64,000 bases of DNA, taken from IMG/VR virus record IMGVR_UViG_2935124990_000001, positions 1-64,000 of that record; one strand, 5' to 3'. Both the position numbers and the translations under genes were made by a program. Each line of letters opens with the position of its first letter. Positions within the stretch are counted from its first letter, which is position 1. This DNA is from a virus. Taxonomy: Duplodnaviria; Caudoviricetes. Shown here piece after piece: positions 56,401 to 64,000 of this stretch. The notes beneath the pieces are model-generated. The model was not told the DNA's origin. It saw only the letters and a list, made by a program, of their open reading frames with translations, and did not search any database.

Positions 56401-57946
56401 GCAGGGTGGTGACCGCCCGGGCGAGGTTCATGAGGGTGTCGCCGACCAGCGGCCCGTTCGCGCGGGCGTAGTCGAGGAACTCTCGCAGGTCTGCCCCGAC
56501 CTCCCCGCTGTTGAGGGCGCGGGTGAAGTTGACCAGGTGGGTGGTGCCGCGGGCGAGGGACTCGGTGGCGAAGCGGGTGAAGCTGGCCATGAACCGGTCG
56601 AAGCCGGGGGTACTCATGCCGCCTGCGGCAACGTTGAGGAGGCGGTCGAGCTCCTTCGATGTGCCGCGGACCAGAGGGGACAGCTTCGGGAGCATCGCCC
56701 CGAACAGGCCCATGGACTTGGTGAGGACCGGCATGGTGTCGTTGGCGAGCGCGTCGGACCAGTCGGTGTAGTCCTCTTTCAGGACGGCGAACGCGGCAGC
56801 GGTCTCCCGGGCCGCTGGCGGCATCTCCTTGAGGACCCGCAGGTAGGCGGCCTCGGCCTCGACTGCCTGCTGGGATGCTTTGCCGTGCTCGTCGATCGCG
56901 TCCTGGTACTTCGTCTCCGCCTCTACTGCTTCGGTCAATGCGACGATCTGCCCGGCCACCGCGGCGCCGAACGCGCCGATGGCTACACCGGAGGCGGTGA
57001 GGCCTGCGGCGATCGGGACGGTCGCGGCGGCGATCGGGATGAGCGCGGTGCCGAGGGCGACCGCGGCCACGATGAGGTTTTGGGTGTTGTCCGCGGCACC
57101 GTTCGTGGAGTTGCTGACCGTGCCGAGGCTGCCGTTGAGCCCGCCGAGGCGCCCGGTGACCCGGGTGAGGGTGCCGTCGAGGTCGTCCAGGTCGCCGCGC
57201 AGGGTTCGGGTGCTGCCGGACAGGTCGCCGATGTTGGTGTGTGCGGTGCGGGCACTGCTGCCAACGGAGCGGATCCCGGTTGCCGCATGGCGGGCCCGGT
57301 CTCCGATCTCGTCCAAGGCGGCGGCCGCCGCGACGGCTCTTCCTCGGAGTGTGCGCAGTTCCCTGGAGAGATCGGCGGCGGCTTCCTCTGCTGCGCGGAG
57401 CGCTACTGCTGCTGCCGCACCCCGGGTGGCGAGGGCGCTGAGCGACCCTTCGGCCCGGCCGGCGTTGGTACGGAGGTCCCGTACGGCTGCGGCGGTCGCT
57501 GCGAGGCGGGCGGGGTCGCCGTCGAAGTCGACGCGGATCCGAACCGGGGACAGGGCTTGGATTTCTGCCAGTGCGGTCCGGAGTGAGGCGCGGGCGGCGG
57601 TGGTGTTGTCGTCGAGGCGGGCGGTGATGCGGATGTCGCGGACGGCCCGGTTGAGGTTGCGTTCGGCGTCGGCGGCGGCCCGGGCGAGGTCGCGGAGGTC
57701 TCGGGCCCCGTTCTGGGCTTGGCGGGCCATGCGCTGGAGGCGGCCGCGGGCGGCGTCGGAGGCGCGGCCGAGACCGGCGATGGCTCCCTGCGCGGTTCGG
57801 GAGGTGGTGCCGAGGCGGCGTACTTCCCGCTCGGCGTCGGAGGTGGCACGGGCGAGGGTGCGGGCGTGGCCGGCGTTGGCCCGCAGGGTTCTGGCCAGGC
57901 TGGTGCCCTGCCCGCGCAGGGACACGTCCAGATTCCAGTGGGCCAC
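53414..57946 (-). CDS. Tape measure protein
   Basis: 1510 aa, Ala-rich helical, ADGG and AEPETMGEGYVP motifs; follows chaperones. Confidence 0.93.
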   Translation of the reverse strand: MAHWNLDVSLRGQGTSLARTLRANAGHARTLARATSDAEREVRRLGTTSRTAQGAIAGLGRASDAARGRLQRMARQAQNGARDLRDLARAAADAERNLNRAVRDIRITARLDDNTTAARASLRTALAEIQALSPVRIRVDFDGDPARLAATAAAVRDLRTNAGRAEGSLSALATRGAAAAVALRAAEEAAADLSRELRTLRGRAVAAAAALDEIGDRARHAATGIRSVGSSARTAHTNIGDLSGSTRTLRGDLDDLDGTLTRVTGRLGGLNGSLGTVSNSTNGAADNTQNLIVAAVALGTALIPIAAATVPIAAGLTASGVAIGAFGAAVAGQIVALTEAVEAETKYQDAIDEHGKASQQAVEAEAAYLRVLKEMPPAARETAAAFAVLKEDYTDWSDALANDTMPVLTKSMGLFGAMLPKLSPLVRGTSKELDRLLNVAAGGMSTPGFDRFMASFTRFATESLARGTTHLVNFTRALNSGEVGADLREFLDYARANGPLVGDTLMNLARAVTTLLVAMSDVGVSVLTAVNVFAQLVNAIPTSFLSTLLQLYAGFKLITLGAAAFGAVTGSAAVARLGAYFAIMRAAGVSTTLRATAASMTAMTKASIGLGVLTVAAIGVAKLAENARGAPPDIDRLTTSLKRLAETGKFTGELKSTFGDVDGLVKKIGELGDAAKENEDYVKSFGNSGIKPLDDLRSGANDLWQDLTKGEKSLTALEDDFKGLDQAMAGMVQSGYGKQAAADFSTIEAAAKKAGYSTKEIAALFPDYQAAVAAAAAEQELAVAGMGLFGQQALDVKTKLDAQKASADGLRGAIQALNDVNRAALGGMIGFEAAIDAADKAAKKNAGSLRMINGELDLNSPKAQAAATALQDLGAKTDEAAASAREQGRSWEYVNGIYQRGEQAIIKAGQAMGLTRPQAEALAKTLLDIPDSKDFKVKMRTEDATADLNAFNAKVKASPGAKSVTLKTLSKAGEEALKAFGYKVKRLPNGKVTVTAATGAAISGIGNVAARLADLDGRTATVTTRHVVINTGEAKRPGKAGHYADGGIVAASYANGGIRGRAVQHFAAGSENHIAQIAPAGAMRVWAEPETMGEGYVPFAPSKRPRSRAITEEIVRRLGGDPNTIQWNAEGNVTDWRYDPNSGSLYSPTDAGQAGHKTKKVKVKGKKGKVTNKDVEYFSLAAVEKQLKANSKATRVWNADLEKVADRVGGDVADALAAMGKDGVALAKKMANGSTKYINEMAAALRNLSATAKASLTDYTRQLDKATGADSAFTKNLATLAARGYGDLAKQLAAQGDTAAQQLAAAAVKDNKRAGSANTAVKKANTALTNDEVDQLIAIIAAIKTNKTGIHNVADTTGLGEDVIIATATKAQSQIKSSLGSRASKFIADLARANKGLSYENGGIREGIYSTRGGAVTFAEPASGGEAYIPLGANKRGPATNVLRDVAARFGVGLTDVSGSRPLVIVREGGDTNVTVSTVRTGATASDIASQVGRQVRRARRGGVNARATA

Positions 57947-57979
57947 CGGTCGCCCTCCTCTCCATTAGTGCGCGGTTGG

Positions 57980-58890
57980 TCAGGTCTTGAGTGCGTCGGC
58001 AACTTCCATCGCGGCAGCCACCGACGCGGGAAGCAGGACGACTTTCATGCCGGCCCCGGCCTGCCCGCCGGGGATGTCCTGCTGCACGCGCTGGATCTCC
58101 TCGCAGCCGAAGCAGCGGCGGGCGGATGCGACGTAGGCGTAGGGGTCGCCGCCGAGGTCGGGGTCCCACTCGTCTTCGCGTGTCCCGCACGTGCAGACGG
58201 TCCGCAGGTACGCCTGGTAGGCCAGGGCCTTGGCCCGGTCGAGGGGAGTCCACGTGCCGGTGCCGACGCCCCGGAATTGGGAGTGGGGCATGCCGTGGTG
58301 GTGGCAGAGCTCCAGCTCGGCACGTAGCTGCTCATCCTCGATCAGCCTTTTCCCAGGTCCATGCGGTCCGCCTGCTGGACGCGGAGGGCGGCGGCGTAGA
58401 GGCGCTCGCCTTCGGCCTGCGACCAGTTGTCGAGGAACTCGGTGGCGTCCTCTTCGGTGAGCGGGTCCAGGGACGCGGCGGCGATGAGGACCGGGGCCAT
58501 CGTGTCGGGGTTGTAGTCGTAGCCCTTCCCGGCCTGGTCCTCGGTCGGCGGGTGCGCGGCAAGGAGTTCCCTGAACTCGTTGCGGGGCAGCGCCTGGAAG
58601 CGCAGCTCGATGGACGCCTCGTCGAGTGCCGCCTGCGCGGACGCCAGATGGTCAGCGGCAGCCTTGGCGGCGGCCTGGGCGGTCTTGTCGCCCGGGTTCT
58701 TCTCCGCGGTCTCCTGGGCCTGCTCCTCCAGGAGCTGGGCGGTCGCGGCCGCCTTCTTGAGGTCGTCGTCGTCGCAGATCGTCAGGGTCACGGTGGGGCG
58801 GGTGCGGGCGCGGAGCTTGGCGCGCTTCGCTTCCCAGTGCGCGTCGGCGGCAACGGCTTCGGCCGGGGGTGCGGGCTTGCGTGCGGTCAT
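57980..58890 (-). CDS. Tail assembly chaperone G-T fusion via programmed -1 frameshift
   Basis: Slippery GGGAAAA (minus strand, 58348-58354) just before the stop; -1 frame reads RLIEDEQLRAELELCHHHG into MPHSQFRG. Confidence 0.85.
58342..58890 (-). CDS. Tail assembly chaperone (G)
   Basis: Between tail tube and tape measure; FQALP..LLAAHPPT. Confidence 0.85.
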   Translation of the reverse strand: MTARKPAPPAEAVAADAHWEAKRAKLRARTRPTVTLTICDDDDLKKAAATAQLLEEQAQETAEKNPGDKTAQAAAKAAADHLASAQAALDEASIELRFQALPRNEFRELLAAHPPTEDQAGKGYDYNPDTMAPVLIAAASLDPLTEEDATEFLDNWSQAEGERLYAAALRVQQADRMDLGKG

Positions 58891-58995
58891 GGGGTGGTTC
58901 CTCCGTCAGGGGAAGGGGGGCCCGGCCGGGCGCGCGTGCGGCGCCCCTTCCCAAGACACTGCTCGGGCCCGGCCGGGAGCTGAGGGGGTGGTGGA

Positions 58996-59478
58996 TCAGG
59001 GGCCGGCGGCGGGCACGGGGGCGCCCTGGACCGGCCGGGAGGTGATGGAGCAGGTGACGACGAACTTCGCGGCCTCGTTGTCCGCGGTGTACTGCGGGGA
59101 CTGGGAGGCGACGCGGATCGGGAAGACGTCCATGCTCGCGTTCGCGGGTACGTCGCCCTTGCGGAGGATGACGACGTACCCGGTGGTGCCCTTGGCGAGC
59201 ATCTCCTCGATGTCGGCGTCGACCTCGTCCTCGTAGAACGTGAAGCTGGAGGAGTCGGCCTTGTCGCTGCCGGGGATCGTCGAGTCGTAGGTGTCCGCCA
59301 TGTCCGGCGTTTCGATCTCGTTGTTTGCGACGGTCCAGCCGTCCATCGATGCGATGAACTCGCTGAACTCCGTGCCGGCGGTGAGCTCGGTACGGGTCGG
59401 GATCATCGTTCCGGCGGCGATCGTCTCGAGGAAGTAGAACTTCGACGTTCCGCGCCGCATGTACTTCTTGACCGGCAT
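58996..59478 (-). CDS. Major tail tube protein
   Basis: PTRTELTAGT..STIPG..GTTGYVVILRKG..DVFP. Confidence 0.85.
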   Translation of the reverse strand: MPVKKYMRRGTSKFYFLETIAAGTMIPTRTELTAGTEFSEFIASMDGWTVANNEIETPDMADTYDSTIPGSDKADSSSFTFYEDEVDADIEEMLAKGTTGYVVILRKGDVPANASMDVFPIRVASQSPQYTADNEAAKFVVTCSITSRPVQGAPVPAAGP

Positions 59479-59612
59479 GAGTGGGCCCCTTGTCCCGGGG
59501 CCGCCTTTCAGGCTCGGGCCCCTTTTACACGTGGTGTGTGGGTGCGGCCACCTGCGTGGTGGCGTCCGCGTGGGGTCCCGCCGCGGTGCGGTGAAGCGTG
59601 CCTGACCAGAGG

Positions 59613-60062
59613 TCAGGTGGAGGTCAGGTCGAACCTGAACCGCTGTACGTAACTCATGATGGCATCGGCCGGGTCAGATGATCCCCCCGGTTCGGTGTCG
59701 AGGCTCCGCCCGATGACCTTGACGCCGGGCACGACGAGCGGGTGAAGCCAGAGCCCGGTTTCCGGGTCGCGGCCGAGGATGGCCCTACGAACCTTGTCGG
59801 CCATCCACTCGACCTGGTCGGCGACACCGTGCGAGTCGGGCCGGTTCGGGTCGGGGCCGGAGATCGAAGTGACCTGGTAGACGAGGGTGATGTCCTCGTT
59901 GAGGTCGGTGAACGGCGCTCCGCTGGTCTGGGCGCTCACCGCCTGCAGCAGGTGGTACGGCGGGTTCGTGTTCACCGGCTTGCGGCCCCGGCCGACGGGG
60001 GTGTTGGTCGCGGAGGCCAGCAGCGCGGACAGGGCCATCGTGACGGGCAGACGGGCGATCAT
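59613..60062 (-). CDS. Tail terminator-like protein
   Basis: Position; YQVTSI..QVEWMADKVR. Confidence 0.7.
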   Translation of the reverse strand: MIARLPVTMALSALLASATNTPVGRGRKPVNTNPPYHLLQAVSAQTSGAPFTDLNEDITLVYQVTSISGPDPNRPDSHGVADQVEWMADKVRRAILGRDPETGLWLHPLVVPGVKVIGRSLDTEPGGSSDPADAIMSYVQRFRFDLTST

Positions 60063-60238
60063 CCTGACTCCCCTTCAGTCAGCTCGCGGCCGTCCAGGGA
60101 GGCGTGCGTGACGACCCAGCCGACCGAACCGTCGTCGCCCTTTACCGGCCTGCTGCTCGGTCCGCACACGCAGTCGTTCTCTCCGCTGGTGTCGTGCTCT
60201 ATGAGATCCCCGACCGGTGCCACGTGGACACTGCTCAA
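60059..60238 (-). CDS. 59-aa metal-binding phage protein (not in ORF track)
   Basis: HVAPVGDLIEH..CVCGP..HASLDGRE; 4-nt overlaps at both ends. Confidence 0.65.
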   Translation of the reverse strand: MSSVHVAPVGDLIEHDTSGENDCVCGPSSRPVKGDDGSVGWVVTHASLDGRELTEGESG

Positions 60239-60624
60239 CCCAGCACCTCCTCAACAGCTCCGAGCATCTGCTCACGCAGGACGGCCTCCATACGGGGAAC
60301 GGCGGGCCCGACGTGCGGGTACGGCGGCTGGTAGAAGTGCCGGCCGATGCTATCGGTCATGTCCCAGAACCCGTACTCCAGGCGCCTGCCCTGTGGGGCG
60401 TTGGTGCCGATGGTGCACTGAGCCCCGTGCGGGATGCCCCGGCCGACGACCTCCCAGGACGACCGGTACTTGCCGGTGATGACGTTGGGGCCGGGGCGTC
60501 CGGTGGCGTTGGCACGGATCATGCCGCGTCCGAGTTCGGCGGTGTGGACGACGCGGCGGGCGACGGCGTCGCCGAGGTTGTCGGCGGCGGCGTCGAGACG
60601 GTCGGCCATTTCGTCGGGGGTCAT
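60235..60624 (-). CDS. HK97 gp10-like neck protein
   Basis: TGKYRSSW..GTNAPQGRRLEYG..PHVGPA. Confidence 0.85.
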   Translation of the reverse strand: MTPDEMADRLDAAADNLGDAVARRVVHTAELGRGMIRANATGRPGPNVITGKYRSSWEVVGRGIPHGAQCTIGTNAPQGRRLEYGFWDMTDSIGRHFYQPPYPHVGPAVPRMEAVLREQMLGAVEEVLG

Positions 60625-61082
60625 GGGCCGCCGCCGTTCACGCCGGACGGGATGGTGTTCTGGTCCAGCGGCGTTTTGCGGACAACCTCGACGGTGCTGG
60701 CCAGTCCGGGGCTGGCGCACAGCCAGCTCCTCCCGAGGAGCGACGTGCGAGCCGGGTCGTGGACCTGCACCACGGTGACGCTGGCACCCTCCGGCGGGAT
60801 CGGTGCCGGCAGCGGGGTGAGGAGAGTGAACTTGGCCCGGGTCTGCTGAGTCCACGGCGCCGCAGCTTCGGGCACGGAGATTCCCTCGGTTGTAGAGGCT
60901 CCTGTCACGACCGCGCCTGGCCCCTCGTAGAGGACGTCCCCGTCCGGGTACTCCAGCTCGCCAGTGCTGGTGTTCAGGACGGGCTCACCGCCGCCGGGCC
61001 GCGTGACGCGAACGGTGTCGATGAGGAGGTTGGTGCCGATCCACCGGGTGACACCGGCGAGCGCACTGTCCAGCCCGGCCAT
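60621..61082 (-). CDS. Head-tail stopper (DUF6093-like)
   Basis: DTVRVTR..TGE..LYEGPG. Confidence 0.75.
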   Translation of the reverse strand: MAGLDSALAGVTRWIGTNLLIDTVRVTRPGGGEPVLNTSTGELEYPDGDVLYEGPGAVVTGASTTEGISVPEAAAPWTQQTRAKFTLLTPLPAPIPPEGASVTVVQVHDPARTSLLGRSWLCASPGLASTVEVVRKTPLDQNTIPSGVNGGGP

Positions 61083-61465
61083 CAGGCGCCTGCCTTACCG
61101 AGGGCCATGTCGGCGAGCTGCATGAGCATGGCCCGGGTGAGTTCATGGGGTGTGCCGTCGAGGTCATCGCGGTTCAGGGCGGCGCGGCTGAGGGCGGCGG
61201 GGTCGATGTTGGCAAGGAACGCTGCGACGGCGTCGCCCGGGTCCTGCTGGTCGCCGACCGCAACGTGCGCAAGGCCGTCGAACTGGACGCCGGTCTGGGG
61301 TGCGGCGTAGAGGACGAGGAGCGGTGCGGAGCCGAGGCGGGCCTCCAGGTTGAAGCCCTGGACGCTGCTGCTGACATCGGTTCCGTCGATCTCGACGCTG
61401 CCGGTGAGACCGTTGGAGGTGAGGCGGACCTGGTGCGGCCGGTCGGCCATGCTCGGGGCGGTCAC
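61082..61465 (-). CDS. Hypothetical protein
   Basis: GSVEIDGTDVS; coupled. Confidence 0.65.
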   Translation of the reverse strand: MTAPSMADRPHQVRLTSNGLTGSVEIDGTDVSSSVQGFNLEARLGSAPLLVLYAAPQTGVQFDGLAHVAVGDQQDPGDAVAAFLANIDPAALSRAALNRDDLDGTPHELTRAMLMQLADMALGKAGA

Positions 61466-61947
61466 GGCTTGACCTCCGGGTCCTCGTTGAGGGGCACGGT
61501 TTGCAGGACGCATCGCTCGACTGTCACGGCCTCGTTGAGGCCCGGGTCCGCGAACCTCTGTCCGTCCTCGCCTCTGCAGAACTCGGTGTACCTGATCCGG
61601 TAGCCGCCCTCGTTGCCGTTCACCGCGCGTGAGTGCACGGTGATCGGTCCTGCTGCGGACACCCACTTCGGGTCGATGCCGTTCGCCTCTAGCCAGGCGC
61701 GAACGCGCCGCTTCTGCCCTTCGCTGAGCAGTTGGTTGACCTCCATGACGGTGACGACGCGGCGCTGCACAGGGTGGGGAACCGGCTTGAACTGGGGAGG
61801 GACGTGCACCGGCTGGTGGTGCATGAACGCGCCCTCGCCTTGCTGCGTCACAACGGTGACGACCGCTTCGGCGACACGGTCACCTTCCTCCATGCCGATG
61901 ACGAGGCCGAGGTCGTCAAGCTGCGCGCCGATCTTCTGGTCGCTCAT
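61462..61947 (-). CDS. Hypothetical protein
   Basis: WLEANGIDP segment resembles the 1985..2674 protein (WLRAHGIEP). Confidence 0.65.
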   Translation of the reverse strand: MSDQKIGAQLDDLGLVIGMEEGDRVAEAVVTVVTQQGEGAFMHHQPVHVPPQFKPVPHPVQRRVVTVMEVNQLLSEGQKRRVRAWLEANGIDPKWVSAAGPITVHSRAVNGNEGGYRIRYTEFCRGEDGQRFADPGLNEAVTVERCVLQTVPLNEDPEVKP

Positions 61948-62318
61948 GCGGCACTCTCCGTCAGCAGCGCGCCGTCATCGACGCGGAGCAGGTGCTGGAC
62001 GAGGTGGTACTCGGCCCGGTGGCCACGGGTGCGCTCCGTGTCCTCGTCGGCTTCCGGCGGGCATCCACGCTCGGCTTCGAACGCCGAGCCCGGGCCGAGC
62101 AGCCGTTCCGGGAGAGTCAGCCAGGCGTAGTAGTCGGCGAAGGTCTTAGACTCAAGCGCCTTGCGGACCTTGACGAGGTAGATGTCCTGATGGTGCTCCG
62201 TCAGTTGCTCCCACGGCTCCCCCACGGGGCGGCCGGACTGGATGTGGAGGAAGGGGCGCATCGTCGCCTCGTACATGGCGCGGGCGGCCATGGTCAGAGT
62301 CTCAGCAGGGATCGTCAC
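61944..62318 (-). CDS. Hypothetical protein
   Basis: AARAMYE..PWEQL; coupled. Confidence 0.65.
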   Translation of the reverse strand: MTIPAETLTMAARAMYEATMRPFLHIQSGRPVGEPWEQLTEHHQDIYLVKVRKALESKTFADYYAWLTLPERLLGPGSAFEAERGCPPEADEDTERTRGHRAEYHLVQHLLRVDDGALLTESAA

Positions 62319-63148
62319 GAGAGGGCTCCTAGGGCGTTGGGGCGGTCGAAGTGCGGGAGGAACTCCCGGATGCAGTGGGCGTGAGCGGTGGGGTGGGCGA
62401 GTGCGTCGTCGATGCTGCGATACGTGCCGTCTGCCAGGTCCGAGTCCTGGTGCGAGGCCCAGCCGCATTCCGCGCCGTCACGGACCTGGACGCGGGTGCA
62501 GCCGAGCTGCTCGTACGCCGTGGTGACGGCCCCGGCGTTGGCGGTCGTGACGGCCTGCCACGACAAGGCAGCCCCCGCCCACGTCTCGACGGGGTGCCGG
62601 GCGTCGTTGACGTAGATGACGGTGCCGAGCGGGTGCTGCTGGCGCAGGGCGTCGGGGTCGAAGCTCCCGGCGTCGAACTGGGTGACCCGGGCGCGGGCGG
62701 CGTCCTGGGCAGCGCGGAGGAACGCCTGGGCGCGGCGGATGGCTTCCTGGAGGCGGCCCATGAGGTCGGCGTAATACTGGGCGGTCAGGGTGGTGACGGT
62801 GCTCTGGTGCCGCCGGGTCCAGGACCACAGGCTGTGAGGCCGGTTGCCCCGGTCGAGCATGGCGAGGGACCCGTCCCGGTAGGCGGTGGGCAGGTCGGTG
62901 GCGGCCCACCGTTCGATGAACGCTCCGGTGTCCCGGCTGAACGTGGCGAGAGCCTGTTGGAAGGCGAGGACGGCGGCGCGGATGCGGGTGATGGCAGCCC
63001 GCCCGGGCCGGATCGCAGCAAGGGCGGCGAGGAGCCGGTCCTGGGCGACGGTGAGGATCCGCCACGCGCTCGTGAGGCGGCTGACCCCACCGCGGATGAA
63101 GTCGAGGAGGCGGGCGCGGAGGGTGCGGCGCCGGGTGGGGGTGGTCAT
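62315..63148 (-). CDS. MuF-like minor capsid protein
   Basis: C-terminal DGAECGW..HPTAHAHCIREF. Confidence 0.7.
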   Translation of the reverse strand: MTTPTRRRTLRARLLDFIRGGVSRLTSAWRILTVAQDRLLAALAAIRPGRAAITRIRAAVLAFQQALATFSRDTGAFIERWAATDLPTAYRDGSLAMLDRGNRPHSLWSWTRRHQSTVTTLTAQYYADLMGRLQEAIRRAQAFLRAAQDAARARVTQFDAGSFDPDALRQQHPLGTVIYVNDARHPVETWAGAALSWQAVTTANAGAVTTAYEQLGCTRVQVRDGAECGWASHQDSDLADGTYRSIDDALAHPTAHAHCIREFLPHFDRPNALGALS

Positions 63149-63480
63149 CGGCGGGGCCGTTCCACGAGCTGGATCAGGCCGAAGCTGCTGGTGTCCTCGT
63201 CGTCCGGGGCCGGCGGGTCGTCAGGGGCCGGGGGCTGCCCGGACTCCAGGGCTGCCAGTTGCCGTTCGTAGGCGGCAATGTTCGCGGACGTGTTGATGGA
63301 CACAACACCGGACACGGACACAGACCCGGGTGAGGCGAGGAGGTCGGCGAGGCGTTCGCGGACGACCTCGATGGCGACCGCGCGCCCGGTGCCGAGCCGG
63401 GTGTAGCGGGTGGTGAGGTCTGTGACGTCCGTGCTCCGGCCCAGCTGGGAGAGCAGCCACTCTCGTACGGCTGTGTCCAC
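63145..63480 (-). CDS. Head-tail adaptor-like protein
   Basis: Position after the capsid gene; GGAGG RBS. Confidence 0.6.
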   Translation of the reverse strand: MDTAVREWLLSQLGRSTDVTDLTTRYTRLGTGRAVAIEVVRERLADLLASPGSVSVSGVVSINTSANIAAYERQLAALESGQPPAPDDPPAPDDEDTSSFGLIQLVERPRR

Positions 63481-63569
63481 CGGGTCCTCCAGTCTGGGGA
63501 TGGGCTGGGAAAGGGGTGCAGGTGCGGGCCCGGCCTGGCGCCCCACCAGGGGGCGGGCCCGCACACCGC

Positions 63570-63947
63570 TTACTGGCCGCCGGTGCCCTCAGCGGCGGCC
63601 GTCCGGCCCCGGGCCGGCTTACGGGCCGCACGGGTGGCGGCCGGCTTGGTGTCGTCGGAGGCGTCCCCGCTGGCGGGGGTGGTCTCGTCGGACTGGGTGT
63701 CAGCGCTGCCGGTGGCGTCCGAGTCGTCGCCAGAGGCGCCGCCCGGGTCGCTTCCGGAAGAGCCGTTGTCGCCCGCCGTCTCCGCCTTGGCCTTCGGGAG
63801 GCGAGGGAGCTTCCCGTCGACCCAGGCGGCCGGGTTCGTCACCAGGGCCGCCAAGCGGGGCTCCGGGCTGGTGCCCGGGTGCAGAAGCACCGTCTGGTGG
63901 GTCTCCGGGTCGTTGACGTATACGGGCCTGCTCAGCTGGGTGCCCAT
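63570..63947 (-). CDS. Hypothetical capsid-adjacent protein
   Basis: LVTNPAAW motif and low-complexity tail. Confidence 0.65.
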   Translation of the reverse strand: MGTQLSRPVYVNDPETHQTVLLHPGTSPEPRLAALVTNPAAWVDGKLPRLPKAKAETAGDNGSSGSDPGGASGDDSDATGSADTQSDETTPASGDASDDTKPAATRAARKPARGRTAAAEGTGGQ

Positions 63948-63950
63948 GGG

Positions 63951-64000
63951 TCACCACACCGTCGCGGCGATGTGGATGTCCGAGGTGTACAGCACCGGCA
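63951..64000 (-). CDS. C-terminus of probable major capsid protein (partial)
   Basis: ..PVLYTSDIHIAATVW-stop resembles lambda gpE-type capsid ends; position. Confidence 0.5.
   Translation of the reverse strand, partial: PVLYTSDIHIAATVW

Larger units (their letters stand above)
1..64000. mobile_element. Streptomyces-type siphovirus-like phage-plasmid (partial; extends beyond both window ends)
   Basis: Tail, lysis and head-tail genes co-occur with parA, an HTH initiator, resolvase-type recombinases and phage early genes; no host core genes seen. Confidence 0.85.

Noticed and set aside
58342-58354. Tail chaperone frameshift as a novelty
   Set aside because: Real but well established in long-tailed phages; listed as a feature only
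1-64000. tRNA, rRNA or known riboswitch genes
   Set aside because: None recognised by eye; a tRNAscan-SE/Infernal run would be needed to exclude them

Overview
High-GC, Streptomyces-like sequence that reads as most of a temperate siphovirus-type phage-plasmid, with no host housekeeping block visible. Left to right: (1) 0-6.6 kb accessory genes including a complete type III polyketide synthase and thyX; (2) 6.7-19.7 kb leftward early/middle operons (NERD nuclease, LuxR-type HTH, DUF4326, SSB, WhiB, RusA, ASCH, DUF5131); (3) 20.3-27.4 kb plasmid maintenance: parA plus a non-canonical partner, parS-like palindromes, two DciA-like genes (one fused to a SLOG domain) and an HTH initiator gene carrying two DnaA boxes inside its coding sequence; (4) 27.8-42.6 kb, a 14.8-kb segment bounded by a 44-bp inverted repeat (42/44 identical). 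This segment holds a second WhiB-like gene, an internally deleted C5 methyltransferase, ERF, a double-RHH regulator, a WYL protein, microprotein arrays joined by repeats, and a coupled pair of tyrosine recombinase genes (one intact and Cre-like, one lacking the catalytic Tyr region and carrying a LacI-like HTH insertion); (5) 42.65-64 kb leftward virion and lysis genes (GDPD tail protein, holins, endolysin, papain-like protease, tail, tape measure, frameshifted chaperones, head-tail genes, end of the major capsid gene). Best candidates for a new system: the invertible segment with its recombinase pair beside the origin, the DnaA-box/DciA replication module, a palindromic operator regulon, and a phage-borne type III PKS. 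All protein family calls come from motif recognition by eye; no database searches were run.
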